64,000 nt of DNA from Acidimicrobiia bacterium (GCA_041742825.1 JBGTNX010000075.1:9960-73959); one strand, 5' to 3'. Shown: positions 1-9,575, counted from the stretch's first letter. Numbers and translations are program-made. The notes: generated by a model from the sequence alone, not told the origin.

Positions 1-4
1 GCTC

Positions 5-3000
5 ATGAAAGATTCCGCCCCGCCGATTTGGGTGAGTGACATCGAGCGACGCTCGAACCTCACTCGTGCTCAGTACCTGATCTGGAGTGGACAGGAGCTC
101 AATCCTGATACTCCGCTGTACAACATGGCGGTCGCCTTTCACATCCTTGGTGCCGTCGATGTTCCCCGATTCGTCAGCGGATTTGAATCTCTGGTTGCAG
201 GCACAGATGCGATGCGAATGATTTTCGAAAGCGAGAAATCGGTCCCGTTCAGCCGAGTCCTCGAATTTGTGCCGGAGCCAATTTCGGTAGTGGACCTCTC
301 CGCTGAGATCGATCCGGAGCGTGCGGCCCGACAATGGATCGAAACTGACTCCCGGGCGCAGTTCAAACTAGACGAGCAGACCTTCCGGTCAGCCCTCCTC
401 GGGCTCGGAGAGAACCGATTCATCTGGTATCTGAACCAGCATCATCTGACCACCGATGGATGGTCGGTCCAGGTTCTGTACCGCAGGATGGCAGAGATCT
501 ACTCTTCTCCCACCGACGAACGGTCCGAGTATCCGGAGTTCCGGTTTTACACAGAATACGAGCGTTCCTCTCGTGATACCGATGCGTACCGGAACGCAAC
601 CAACCTCTGGGCCGAGAAGACCGCCGAGACACCCACCCCCCTGTCTTTCTACGGCATCGACCCACCGACACGGGCGACTACGAGAACCGACCGGTGGAAA
701 TTGCACCTCGACTTTGAGCGTTCCAATCGGTTGCGCCAACTGGTGGCTAACGACGACAACTCATTGACACCACTTTCGGAGTACGACCTTGCAACAACGT
801 TGTTCCTCGCTTATCTCAGCCGGGCGACCGGGGAAATGTCGTTGTCAATCCTGACCCCGGTACACAACCGTCCATCAAGGCGGCTCAAGAGCACAGCCGG
901 CCTATTCATCGAAGTGCTCCCTTACGCCGTCACACTCGACGCACACGACACTTTTCGCAGCCTGCTGCACAAGGCAACTATTGAGTCTTCTTATGTCCTA
1001 TCGCACACCGTCCCGGGAACAAGCCGCGCGGAGATCAACCGCTCCCGGTCTGTCCTCATCAATTTCATCAATGCCTCCTTGGGCCCCTTCGCAGACTTCG
1101 AGGTGAGAACCGATTGGATCCATCCCGGCCACGGTGATGCGGATCATGCAGTGCGGCTCCAGATACACGACTTTGACGGCACCGGCGAGTACGTCTTCCT
1201 TTTCGACCTCGACGCCGAAATATTCGACGAAAGCCGGGCTCGTCTCCTCCTGGAGCATTTCGAATTGATGCTCGATGCAATGCTCTCCGACTTCGACCAG
1301 CCCATCGCCGGTGTTGACCTCCTCCCACCGCCGCAAGCGGATCAGCTACTGAAACAGTTCAACGACACCGAAGAGCAATGGCATCACAACACGATTCTCG
1401 ATGCGATCAGGGCCCGATCCTCTGCCGACGGTGAGCGAGTCGCAGTAGAAGACGGAGACCGATCGATCACTTATGCAGAATTGGAGCGGGCCAGCGATGG
1501 TCTCGCTGCAGTACTCCGCCAGCGCTGCCGGAAGTCAAAGGTACGAGCGGCGATCTACTTGGATCGATCAGCTGACTACCTCATCGCGGTGCTGGCCACC
1601 CTGAAGACCGGCGGTTCTTACGTTCCCATCGATACAGACACGCCGGCAGAAAGAGTTTCTTACATCGTCGAAGACAGCGGCGCGGACCTGATCATCGCCG
1701 CCAAGAGTCACCATCCCGGCCCGAGCGACCTTCCGGTCATCGACCCGTCGCAACCGGCGATGCCCGAACCATTCTCACATCACGATTTGTCGGCAGTCCC
1801 CTCCGACCCGGCCTACGTGCTGTACACATCTGGCTCAACCGGCCAACCCAAAGGCGTGGTCGTTTCACATCTCGCCCTCGCCAACTATGTGATGTGGGCG
1901 CAAAGGGAGTACGGCGCAGGAGATTCGGTTGATTTTCCCCTCTACTCGTCGGTGGGTTTCGATCTAACGATCACATCGATGTTTGTTCCACTCGTAACCG
2001 GGGGCAGGGTGGTGGTCTACCCCGAAACGGGCGAGGGGGGCCTTGCGATTCGGGAAGTATTCCGCGAGGACAAAGTCGATGTAGTCAAACTGACGCCTTC
2101 TCACCTTTCGGTGCTCTCTCCCAACGATCTGGCTACACAACGTATTCGGAAGCTGATTCTCGGCGGCGAGGATCTTAAAACTGATCTAGCCCGGGCCGTG
2201 GCTTCCGCCGCACCAGGTCTCACCATCTACAACGAATACGGGCCGACCGAGGCGACGGTCGGCTGCATGATCCATCGGTTCGACCCCGAACGAGACAAGG
2301 CCATGTCGGTGCCCATCGGGCGGCCGATCGCCAACAGCAGGGTCTACATTCTGGATCACGATCTGAAACCAACTCCGGTGGGTGTGGTCGGTGAACTGTG
2401 CATCGCGGGGGTTGGTGTCGCAGAGGAATATTTGAATCGTCCAGAATTGACGGCAGAACAGTTTGTCCCCGACCCCCGAGACGAAACCGGGGGACTGTTG
2501 TACCGGACCGGCGATCGAGCCCGTTGGGACACCAATGGTGCCATTCAATTCCTCGGTCGCGCCGACGACCAGGTCAAGATTCGTGGACACCGCATCGAAC
2601 TCGGAGAGATCGAGGCAGTCCTGGTCGGTCACCCTGACATTGGAAGTGTGCTCGTCGATGTGGTGTCAGCCGAGACAACGGTAATGAGCTCGAGGACGGA
2701 CGGCGGCTGTGTTCGGTGTGGTCTATCGAAGAATGCTCCGGGGGGCCATCAGGATGCATCGGGGGTCTGCGCCACCTGTCATTTCTTCGACGAGTTTCGC
2801 CACCATGCCGACGGCTACTTCGGGGATCTATCCGACTTTGCCGAAATTTTCATGGATAAACCCAAGTCACCAGGAGGACAGGATTGTCTGATGCTGCTCA
2901 GTGGTGGCAAAGACAGCACATACGCCCTGTATCAACTCGTCGAGATGGGTCTGCAGCCGTTGGTTTTCACCCTGGACAACGGATTCATCTCCGAGGGCGC

Positions 3001-4261
3001 AAAAGCAAACATGCGCAGGGCATGTGACGACCTCGGCCTCGAGCTGGTTGTGGCTGCAACGCCGGGGATGAATGCAATGTTTGCCGAGAGCCTGTCCACC
3101 TTCAGCAATGTCTGTCAGGGTTGTTTCAAAACGATCTACACGCTTGCCTTGAACCTCGCCGCCGACCGAGGCATCGACACAGTCATCACCGGGCTGTCCC
3201 GCGGCCAGATCTTCGAGACACGCCTCGCGGACCTATTCCGGATCGGGATAACTGATCCATCTGATGTCGACCAAGCCATCATCGAAGCTCGAAAGGCTTA
3301 TCACCGGTCCGGCGGGGTCGCCGCCGAAGTACTTCCGTGCCAGATCTTTGAGACGGAAGACGTATTCGAACGAGTCCGCGTCGTTGACTTTTACCGGTAC
3401 GTCGACGTCGGACTCTCCGAGGTCTATTCCTTTCTGTCCGATCGGGCACCCTGGGTTCGACCATCGGACACGGGCAGGTCGACGAATTGCCTGATAAACG
3501 CTACAGGAATCTTCGTACACAAGACCGAACGGGGATATCACAATTATGCGGTCCCGTACGCATGGGATGTCAGGCTGGGGCACAAGACTCGTGACGCCGC
3601 ACTCGATGAGCTCGACGATGAGATCGACGTCGGTCAGGTCAGGGAGACCCTCGATGAGATTGGCTATCGGATGTCCGATGGCGACGCAGGGATCAACCGG
3701 GGACCAGGACAAAGGCTCGTGGCCTACTACGTCCCCATCGCCGCTCGCCCGACCAAAGGCGAGCTGCGCGCCTTCCTCGCCCATCGCCTCCCGGCCTATA
3801 TGTCGCCTTCCTTTCTCGTCCCGCTCGAGGAAATGCCGCTCACGAGAAATGGAAAAATCGACCGTTCCCGACTTCCCGACCCCAGAGCGCAAGCCACGAG
3901 AAGCACCGGAGAGTTCGCGACCCCGAGAAACGATATCGAGCGAGAACTGGTCGAGATATGGCAGTCGGTGCTCCAGGTCGACGAGATTGGCATCAAAGAC
4001 AATTTCTTCGAGCTCGGGGGCGACTCGATAATCAACGTTCAGATCGTGGCGCGGGCACGAAAGCGCGACATCGTATTTTCTCCTCGCGACCTGTTTGAAC
4101 AGCGAACAATCGCCAATCTGGCTCAAGTCGTCGACACAAAACCCAATTTCGAACAAGAAGGGGTGACAGAATCACCGATCCCGTCGATCGACCCCGGAAT
4201 CAGCGCTGAAGAACTCGCCGGAATTGTCTCACGATACGGCCAGCAAGCTGACGAGAAGTAA
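5..4261 (+). CDS. Single-module non-ribosomal peptide synthetase: C - A (interrupted by a Zn-ribbon/PP-loop ATP-pyrophosphatase-like domain) - T, with no TE/R release domain
   Basis: 1418-aa ORF. C domain has HHLTTDGW (aa 146-153). A-domain cores are LYTSGSTGQPKG (A3), FDLT (A4, Asp retained), NEYGPTE (A5), YRTGD (A7), GRADDQVKIRGHRIELGEIE (A8) and NGKIDR (A10). Carrier motif is FFELGGDS (Ser at aa 1341). About 350 extra aa (888-1235) sit between A8 and A9/A10, with CVRC..CATC and LLSGGKDS. Confidence 0.9.
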   Translation: MKDSAPPIWVSDIERRSNLTRAQYLIWSGQELNPDTPLYNMAVAFHILGAVDVPRFVSGFESLVAGTDAMRMIFESEKSVPFSRVLEFVPEPISVVDLSAEIDPERAARQWIETDSRAQFKLDEQTFRSALLGLGENRFIWYLNQHHLTTDGWSVQVLYRRMAEIYSSPTDERSEYPEFRFYTEYERSSRDTDAYRNATNLWAEKTAETPTPLSFYGIDPPTRATTRTDRWKLHLDFERSNRLRQLVANDDNSLTPLSEYDLATTLFLAYLSRATGEMSLSILTPVHNRPSRRLKSTAGLFIEVLPYAVTLDAHDTFRSLLHKATIESSYVLSHTVPGTSRAEINRSRSVLINFINASLGPFADFEVRTDWIHPGHGDADHAVRLQIHDFDGTGEYVFLFDLDAEIFDESRARLLLEHFELMLDAMLSDFDQPIAGVDLLPPPQADQLLKQFNDTEEQWHHNTILDAIRARSSADGERVAVEDGDRSITYAELERASDGLAAVLRQRCRKSKVRAAIYLDRSADYLIAVLATLKTGGSYVPIDTDTPAERVSYIVEDSGADLIIAAKSHHPGPSDLPVIDPSQPAMPEPFSHHDLSAVPSDPAYVLYTSGSTGQPKGVVVSHLALANYVMWAQREYGAGDSVDFPLYSSVGFDLTITSMFVPLVTGGRVVVYPETGEGGLAIREVFREDKVDVVKLTPSHLSVLSPNDLATQRIRKLILGGEDLKTDLARAVASAAPGLTIYNEYGPTEATVGCMIHRFDPERDKAMSVPIGRPIANSRVYILDHDLKPTPVGVVGELCIAGVGVAEEYLNRPELTAEQFVPDPRDETGGLLYRTGDRARWDTNGAIQFLGRADDQVKIRGHRIELGEIEAVLVGHPDIGSVLVDVVSAETTVMSSRTDGGCVRCGLSKNAPGGHQDASGVCATCHFFDEFRHHADGYFGDLSDFAEIFMDKPKSPGGQDCLMLLSGGKDSTYALYQLVEMGLQPLVFTLDNGFISEGAKANMRRACDDLGLELVVAATPGMNAMFAESLSTFSNVCQGCFKTIYTLALNLAADRGIDTVITGLSRGQIFETRLADLFRIGITDPSDVDQAIIEARKAYHRSGGVAAEVLPCQIFETEDVFERVRVVDFYRYVDVGLSEVYSFLSDRAPWVRPSDTGRSTNCLINATGIFVHKTERGYHNYAVPYAWDVRLGHKTRDAALDELDDEIDVGQVRETLDEIGYRMSDGDAGINRGPGQRLVAYYVPIAARPTKGELRAFLAHRLPAYMSPSFLVPLEEMPLTRNGKIDRSRLPDPRAQATRSTGEFATPRNDIERELVEIWQSVLQVDEIGIKDNFFELGGDSIINVQIVARARKRDIVFSPRDLFEQRTIANLAQVVDTKPNFEQEGVTESPIPSIDPGISAEELAGIVSRYGQQADEK

Positions 4262-4286
4262 CAAGTGGTGTGTCGGTTAAACGAAG

Positions 4287-5894
4287 ATGACGGCCCCAGC
4301 AACAATTCGCACCCAATTGCTTGGTGGAGACTCGCCGCGGGACCTTCTCGCGATCGTCGGGATGTTTGCCCTGTACGCGCTCCTGGACAACGCGACGCGC
4401 GTGCTTTCCGATATGAACGTCGCCTCGCTCGACGATCCCTTTCTCCTCACCGGGGCGATACGATCGAGTCTGATTCCGTTCCTAGCCGCCCTCGTCGGCC
4501 TGGCCTCGGTGACCTGGAGATGGCCCGGTCGAATTTGGGCTCGTTGGACCGCGCTCGACCGAGGCCCGGTGCTGAGGGCCTTGGCGGCGGCTTTCCTGGT
4601 AGTCCTGACGTGGCAAGGTTCTCTATACGAATACAACTACCTTCTGGACCAGGCACACCTTCTCGACCGTCTTGTCCTGGTCGTGCTCGCGGTGGCAAGC
4701 TTCTACCGTCCCGTGTTCTTGAGCTTCTTTGCTTTGCAAAGCCGTGTGATCGCCGGTCAATTCGAGTATCCGTTCGGAACCACGGCTGCCCAAAACATCG
4801 ACGAGCTGCTGGTCATCGCTTTGTTGGCAATCGCTGCAGCGCATCTTCTCTATGTGTTCACAGGTTCCATCGACACATCACCGGTACTGCTGATTCTCAG
4901 CGCCGCCATTGCCACTCACTTCTTTATCCCTGGTAGGTCGAAACTCGCCATTGATTGGCTGAGCACGAACGACATCTCCAACCTTCCTCTCAGCGGATAC
5001 ACCGCGGGATGGCTGGGACAGGGTGACGGCTCCTTCTCGCGACAGATGTCGAATTTCGCATCGAACTTCAACTCACCGCTGCTCGTGGGGACCCTGGCCA
5101 TAGAGTTGGGATCGGTGTTGGCGGCGATGCACTACAAACTCATGCGTTGGTGGCTCCCGATCGCCAGTCTCTTCCACCTCGTTACATTTTTGTATACAGG
5201 GTTCTGGTTCCTCACATGGCTGACTTTCGAGATCGGTCTCTTGATCATTTTCACCCGGCGCAGTCTTCGAGATTGGCTCGACGAAAACTCAACTCCCTTG
5301 CGAGCGGCCATTACGGCAGCTGCGGTGTTGTTCGCAGGCTCATTGCTCTTCCATCCTCCAAAGCTGGCCTGGCTCGACGCTCCCGTTTCCTACGGGTACC
5401 GCATCGAGGCGACCGGGGAGAGCGGAATGCGCTATCAGGTCCCGATCTCGACCTTCTCCCCTGTGGTACAGGAACTCTCGTTCTTCAACCTGAGACTCGA
5501 CACTACCGAGCCGGCCAGCGGCGGGTATGGAGCCGTCGGCTCGCCACAGCGGATACACCAACTGAGCGAAGTGACGACTTTCGCTCAACTCAAGGAGATG
5601 GAGGAGCCGTCCGACCCCGGAGTTCTTCTGCTCTCCCGGAAGTTCATGATGATTTTCATGGATAGGGCAAATGGGGTTGGAGGGACACTTTGGTCGTCGT
5701 TTGCCCCGCCGGATCATTTCTGGACGGGCAACTCACCGCCCAGCTATTCGTTCGACGAGTCGCTTGCCCGACTCGACGTCTTCGTCTTGCGGGCGATCCA
5801 TGATGGCGGCAATCCCCGATTCGAACGGGAACTGGTCCTGACCTTGACCCTCGATGAGGATGGCCATAGCCAGGTCGCCTTTCCTGAAACCTGA
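4287..5894 (+). CDS. Polytopic integral membrane protein of unknown function with a ~190-aa C-terminal soluble domain
   Basis: 535-aa ORF starting 26 nt after the NRPS stop on the same strand. The N-terminal ~340 aa is a series of hydrophobic helices (LLAIVGMFALYALL, LVLVVLAVASFY, LLVIALLAIAAAHLLYVF, WFLTWLTFEIGLLIIF). I recognised no family motif. Confidence 0.6.
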   Translation: MTAPATIRTQLLGGDSPRDLLAIVGMFALYALLDNATRVLSDMNVASLDDPFLLTGAIRSSLIPFLAALVGLASVTWRWPGRIWARWTALDRGPVLRALAAAFLVVLTWQGSLYEYNYLLDQAHLLDRLVLVVLAVASFYRPVFLSFFALQSRVIAGQFEYPFGTTAAQNIDELLVIALLAIAAAHLLYVFTGSIDTSPVLLILSAAIATHFFIPGRSKLAIDWLSTNDISNLPLSGYTAGWLGQGDGSFSRQMSNFASNFNSPLLVGTLAIELGSVLAAMHYKLMRWWLPIASLFHLVTFLYTGFWFLTWLTFEIGLLIIFTRRSLRDWLDENSTPLRAAITAAAVLFAGSLLFHPPKLAWLDAPVSYGYRIEATGESGMRYQVPISTFSPVVQELSFFNLRLDTTEPASGGYGAVGSPQRIHQLSEVTTFAQLKEMEEPSDPGVLLLSRKFMMIFMDRANGVGGTLWSSFAPPDHFWTGNSPPSYSFDESLARLDVFVLRAIHDGGNPRFERELVLTLTLDEDGHSQVAFPET

Positions 5895-6278
5895 TTCGAG
5901 ACGTCGGCCCGTTACACAATCCGAGGTTGCAGGGCGACCTAGAGAGAGTGCCAACCGACAACACAGAGTGACCAAAACCCGGTGCCCGAGGGGTCAAAGT
6001 TCAACCGATGCCAGCGGGTCAATTTTCAGCCGGTGTTGACATCAATTCCTGGATGGCTTTCGGTCACCAAGCCTTCATCGCCATGAGTGTCTCCTGGTGA
6101 TGTGTCAGCCGACCCACTGGGACCGCCAGACCGCACTTTTTTCGCCACACCTGGACCACACTGGTGTCACAAAGGGCACGAAATGGTGCGAAATGACCTA
6201 ACCAACGAGAGAAATCCAAAGGATTCCCTGGGCCGGGTTTCCTCAGGTCAGATGGCCAAAACTCCTGCTCGGAGTCGG

Positions 6279-6351
6279 AGCCGGGTACCGGATTTGAACC
6301 GATGACCTGCTGATTACAAATCAGCTGCTCTACCAACTGAGCTAACCCGGC
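6279..6351 (-). tRNA. tRNA-Thr (anticodon TGT)
   Basis: Minus-strand read GCCGGGT-TA-GCTC-AGTTGGTA-GAGC-A-GCTGA-TTTGTAA-TCAGC-AGGTC-ATCGG-TTCAAAT-CCGGT-ACCCGGC-T folds as a cloverleaf. The anticodon loop is TT[TGT]AA. CCA is not encoded. Confidence 0.92.
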
Positions 6352-6359
6352 CTGCGTCG

Positions 6360-7079
6360 CTAGGTGCGAGCCCGCATTATCTCAAATATTCCCAATGCAG
6401 CGGAAACTGACGCATTCAGAGACTCGGTGTCCGCTCTCATCGGGATCGCGGCGATCACGTCGCAGCGTTTCGCGGTGAGGTGACTCAATCCTTCCCCTTC
6501 GGCACCTATCACAATCGCCACCGGCTCGGTGAGCAAGGCGAGGCCGAATAGCGATTGGTCTCCGCCGGCGTCGAGGCCCACCGCCCACACTCCCTTCGCC
6601 TTGAGTCGCTGCAATGCCTCGGGGATCGACCCGACGACCGCCACCGGGAGGCGCTCCAGGGCGCCGGCCGCAGCTTTGAACGCTGCAGCAGACAGCGGCG
6701 CCGATCGCCGGCCCGACATCACCAGGCCGGAGCAGCCTCCGGCGAGGGCACTCCGGGCAATTGCACCGACGTTCTGCGGATCCTCGAGATGATCAAGGAC
6801 CAGGACCGAGGCGGTTTCTGTGGCCAGGGAGTCAAGTTCGACGGGAAGTATCGGCGTACAGTCGGCGACCACACCTTGCGGGGCCTCCGTCTCAGCGATA
6901 GTGCGGGTGTCGTCGACGAGCATTGTGTTCACCACGCCCACCGCGTCGATGAGCCGGGCGATCTCCTCACGAGAACTTCGTTTCCGCTCGACAGTGAGCC
7001 GCTCGACCCGGCCGGCCGCGACGGCAGCCGCGACCGCATGAAGGCCCTCGACCCTACTTCCGTAGCCAGCGGGTGCCAT
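6360..7079 (-). CDS. TrmH/SpoU-family RNA 2'-O-methyltransferase (RlmB-like)
   Basis: SpoU motifs LVLDHLEDPQNVGAIARSA, IVIGAEGEGLS and IPMRADTESLNASVSAALGIFE. The ORF opens at 7181, but I chose ATG 7079 (MAPAGYGSRVEGLHAV) to limit overlap with the cysS 3' end. The position next to cysS matches actinobacterial synteny. Confidence 0.85.
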   Translation of the reverse strand: MAPAGYGSRVEGLHAVAAAVAAGRVERLTVERKRSSREEIARLIDAVGVVNTMLVDDTRTIAETEAPQGVVADCTPILPVELDSLATETASVLVLDHLEDPQNVGAIARSALAGGCSGLVMSGRRSAPLSAAAFKAAAGALERLPVAVVGSIPEALQRLKAKGVWAVGLDAGGDQSLFGLALLTEPVAIVIGAEGEGLSHLTAKRCDVIAAIPMRADTESLNASVSAALGIFEIMRART

Positions 7080-8448
7080 CAGGCCCGTCCTCCAGAAGGA
7101 TGCCGACGGCGTCGAGCCCGTCTCTGATTGCATCTGCGTCGTCGAAGCGTCGCTCCGAACGCGCCTCGGACCTCTTCGCAATTAGCGCGCCGACCGTCGC
7201 ACTGAGGTCGCCGCTTCCGACGTGGAACCTGGACGCAAGCTCGCCAAGGTCGATCGCTGTCTCCTCGGGGAGGGTGCCTTCGTCGAGACCGAGGACCACG
7301 ACAATCTCCTCGACGGCGCCGAGCAACGCCGACGCATCTCCGCCTGCATCGTACAACTTGTTGCCCTCACGCACCGCGTCGAAAAGGATCGATACCGCCT
7401 GGGGTGTGCCGAAGTCGTCGTCCATGGCGGACTCGAAGCGGGCCATCACCTCGGGGTCCGGGACCCCAGCGACCCCGCGTTCACGGAACCGGTCGAGGCG
7501 ATCCAGCGATTCTGACGCCTCCTCCACAAGTGCCTCCGTGTATTCGAGCGGCGATCGGTAGTGGGCGCGCACCATCAGCATACGGAGGGCGCGGCCGCCC
7601 ACCTTCATGGCGAGAGAGTCGAGATCGACGAGACGGCCGGTCGACTTCGCCATTTTTTCCCCGCCCAGGTTGACCATCCCGTTGTGCAGCCAGTATCGGG
7701 CGAAGGTCTTCCCCGAGGCTCCCTCGGACTGGGCGATCTCGTTCTCATGATGGGGGAAGATGAGGTCGGTGCCACCGCCGTGGATGTCGAAACCGTGCCC
7801 GAGGAACTTCCAGGCCATTGCCGAGCACTCGATGTGCCAACCGGGCCTCCCCGCGCCCCACGGAGAGTCCCACCATGGCTCGCCCGGTTTCGCACCCTTC
7901 CACAGAGCGAAGTCGAGCGGGTCGTGCTTGGCTTCGCCAACTTCGATGCGGTATCCCGAACGGAGCTCGTCCGGGTTGTGACCGGAGAGCTTCCCGTAGG
8001 ACTCCAGGGCCCTGACCGCGAAGTAGACATCGCCTTCAGATTCGTAGGCCAGCCCGCGCTCGATCAACGTCTCGATCAGCCCGACGATTTCCTCGATCGT
8101 CTCGGTTGCCTTGGGCTCACGGTCCGGTTCAGGCACCCCCAGCGATGCGTAGCCCTCCCTGAACTTCTGCGCCATGATGACTGCTAGCTCCTCCACGGGC
8201 ACACCCGACACTTCGGCGGCTTTGATGATCTTGTCTTCGATGTCGGTGACGTTGCGGACCAGAGTCACTTCGAAGCCCTTCCAGGTGAGGTAGCGGCGGA
8301 TGATGTCGAAGGCAACCACCGATCTCCCGTGGCCCACATGGGGCTCGGACTGCACGGTGGGGCCGCAGAGGTAGATGCCGACTTTGCCCTCATCACGAGG
8401 TTGGAAGGGCTGGAGGGTGTGACCGAGCGTGTTGAAGACCTGGAGCAT
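7054..8448 (-). CDS. cysS: Cysteine--tRNA ligase
   Basis: Class I aaRS motifs HVGHGRS (HIGH) and KMAKSTG (KMSKS). Length is 464 aa. Confidence 0.97.
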   Translation of the reverse strand: MLQVFNTLGHTLQPFQPRDEGKVGIYLCGPTVQSEPHVGHGRSVVAFDIIRRYLTWKGFEVTLVRNVTDIEDKIIKAAEVSGVPVEELAVIMAQKFREGYASLGVPEPDREPKATETIEEIVGLIETLIERGLAYESEGDVYFAVRALESYGKLSGHNPDELRSGYRIEVGEAKHDPLDFALWKGAKPGEPWWDSPWGAGRPGWHIECSAMAWKFLGHGFDIHGGGTDLIFPHHENEIAQSEGASGKTFARYWLHNGMVNLGGEKMAKSTGRLVDLDSLAMKVGGRALRMLMVRAHYRSPLEYTEALVEEASESLDRLDRFRERGVAGVPDPEVMARFESAMDDDFGTPQAVSILFDAVREGNKLYDAGGDASALLGAVEEIVVVLGLDEGTLPEETAIDLGELASRFHVGSGDLSATVGALIAKRSEARSERRFDDADAIRDGLDAVGILLEDGPDGTRWLRK

Positions 8449-8532
8449 GCGCAGGTGATGTTATCGGGAGTCGCTTTGCTTTCTGTTTCCCCCACGTCTC
8501 ATATATGAGTCGCTGCGCCTTAGGAACGGGGG

Positions 8533-9036
8533 TTATTGGGTCGCGATCACCGTGACCACCGCGACGGCGGCGACGCCCTGGGAAGTGCCGGTGAAGCCCA
8601 AGCCGTCGGTGGTGGTTGCCTTGACGGAAATGACGGCGGGGGGGATTCCGAGCGCTGACGCTAGGTTTCCCCGGATCGCCTGGCGGTGCGGGGCGACCTT
8701 GATGTGCTCGGCGATGACGGTGGCGTCGACATGGGATACGGCAAACCCAGACGTGGCCGCCATCCTCGCCGCCTCACTGAGGAGGCCGAGCGAGGAGACA
8801 CCCTGATATCGAGGGTCGGTGGAAGGGAAGTGCTCACCGAGGTCGCCGAGGACGCAGGCGCCGAGGATTGCGTCGGCTATCGCATGGGCGAGGACGTCGC
8901 CGTCGGAGGTAGCGTCGAGACCTGAGGTGTCGGAGACTTCAACACCGCCGAGGAGGAGGGGTGGCCGGTCGTTGAGAGCATGGGCATCGAAACCCCAGCC
9001 CACCCTGGTTGTTGCAACCGGGGGCTCCGAACTCAA
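8533..9036 (-). CDS. ispF: 2-C-methyl-D-erythritol 2,4-cyclodiphosphate synthase
   Basis: GWGFDAHAL, SDGDVLAHAIADAILGA and LGEHFPSTDPRYQGVSS. The start overlaps the carD stop. Confidence 0.95.
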   Translation of the reverse strand: MSSEPPVATTRVGWGFDAHALNDRPPLLLGGVEVSDTSGLDATSDGDVLAHAIADAILGACVLGDLGEHFPSTDPRYQGVSSLGLLSEAARMAATSGFAVSHVDATVIAEHIKVAPHRQAIRGNLASALGIPPAVISVKATTTDGLGFTGTSQGVAAVAVVTVIATQ

Positions 9037-9548
9037 CTTTCGTCTTCGATCTCGATCTCGGGCAGGGCCCGGTCGATCTTCTTGATCGCTTCTTCCTCGT
9101 CGACCTGGAGGCTGAAGGCGATCTCCGAGCTCAGGGTGGTCCGTGCCTTGGAGAGCATGCGCTTCAGTGCCGGGCTGATGCCCTTGGTCTGCTGGGCGTA
9201 AGACAGGTCACGGACGACTTCGGCAACCTGGAAGATGTCACCCGAGGTCATCTTCTCGGTGAGCACCTTGTACCAGCGAGACCAGTTCGACCCGGCCTCC
9301 TCAGCCTCTTCCTTCAACGACTTCAGGACCTCGCGTGACTTCGTCTTCGAGATCACGGGCCGGATCAGGTCTTCGGCCTTGTCGAGCGGGACCATAACGG
9401 TGAGTTGCTCGGTGGCGATCTCGAGTATGTAGTAGTCGATCTTCTCGCCGGCGAATTCTTGTTTGACCTTCTTGAGGACCGTTGCCGCCCCGTGCTGGGG
9501 GTGAACGACTTTGTCGCCGTTGGAGTACCTTGCAGTTTTTGTTGCCAC
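9033..9548 (-). CDS. carD: CarD-family RNA polymerase-binding transcription regulator
   Basis: N-terminal Tudor-like GDKVVHPQHGAATV and a C-terminal helical domain. It sits in the conserved position between disA and ispF. Confidence 0.9.
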   Translation of the reverse strand: MATKTARYSNGDKVVHPQHGAATVLKKVKQEFAGEKIDYYILEIATEQLTVMVPLDKAEDLIRPVISKTKSREVLKSLKEEAEEAGSNWSRWYKVLTEKMTSGDIFQVAEVVRDLSYAQQTKGISPALKRMLSKARTTLSSEIAFSLQVDEEEAIKKIDRALPEIEIEDES

Positions 9549-9575
9549 GAAGACGTATTGTAACGGGCGCCAGCC

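Noticed and set aside
4265-4936. 223-aa ORF overlapping the start of the membrane protein gene
   Set aside because: It is an alternative frame of 4287..5894. Its product is Arg/Pro/Ser-rich with no hydrophobic periodicity. The 4287 frame gives coherent TM helices over 1.6 kb.
5995-6012. Possible att-site direct repeat of the tRNA-Thr 3' region (TT.AACCGATG.C)
   Set aside because: Only 8 contiguous identical nt (AACCGATG). A match of that size is expected by chance in 64 kb on two strands. It is not evidence of integration.
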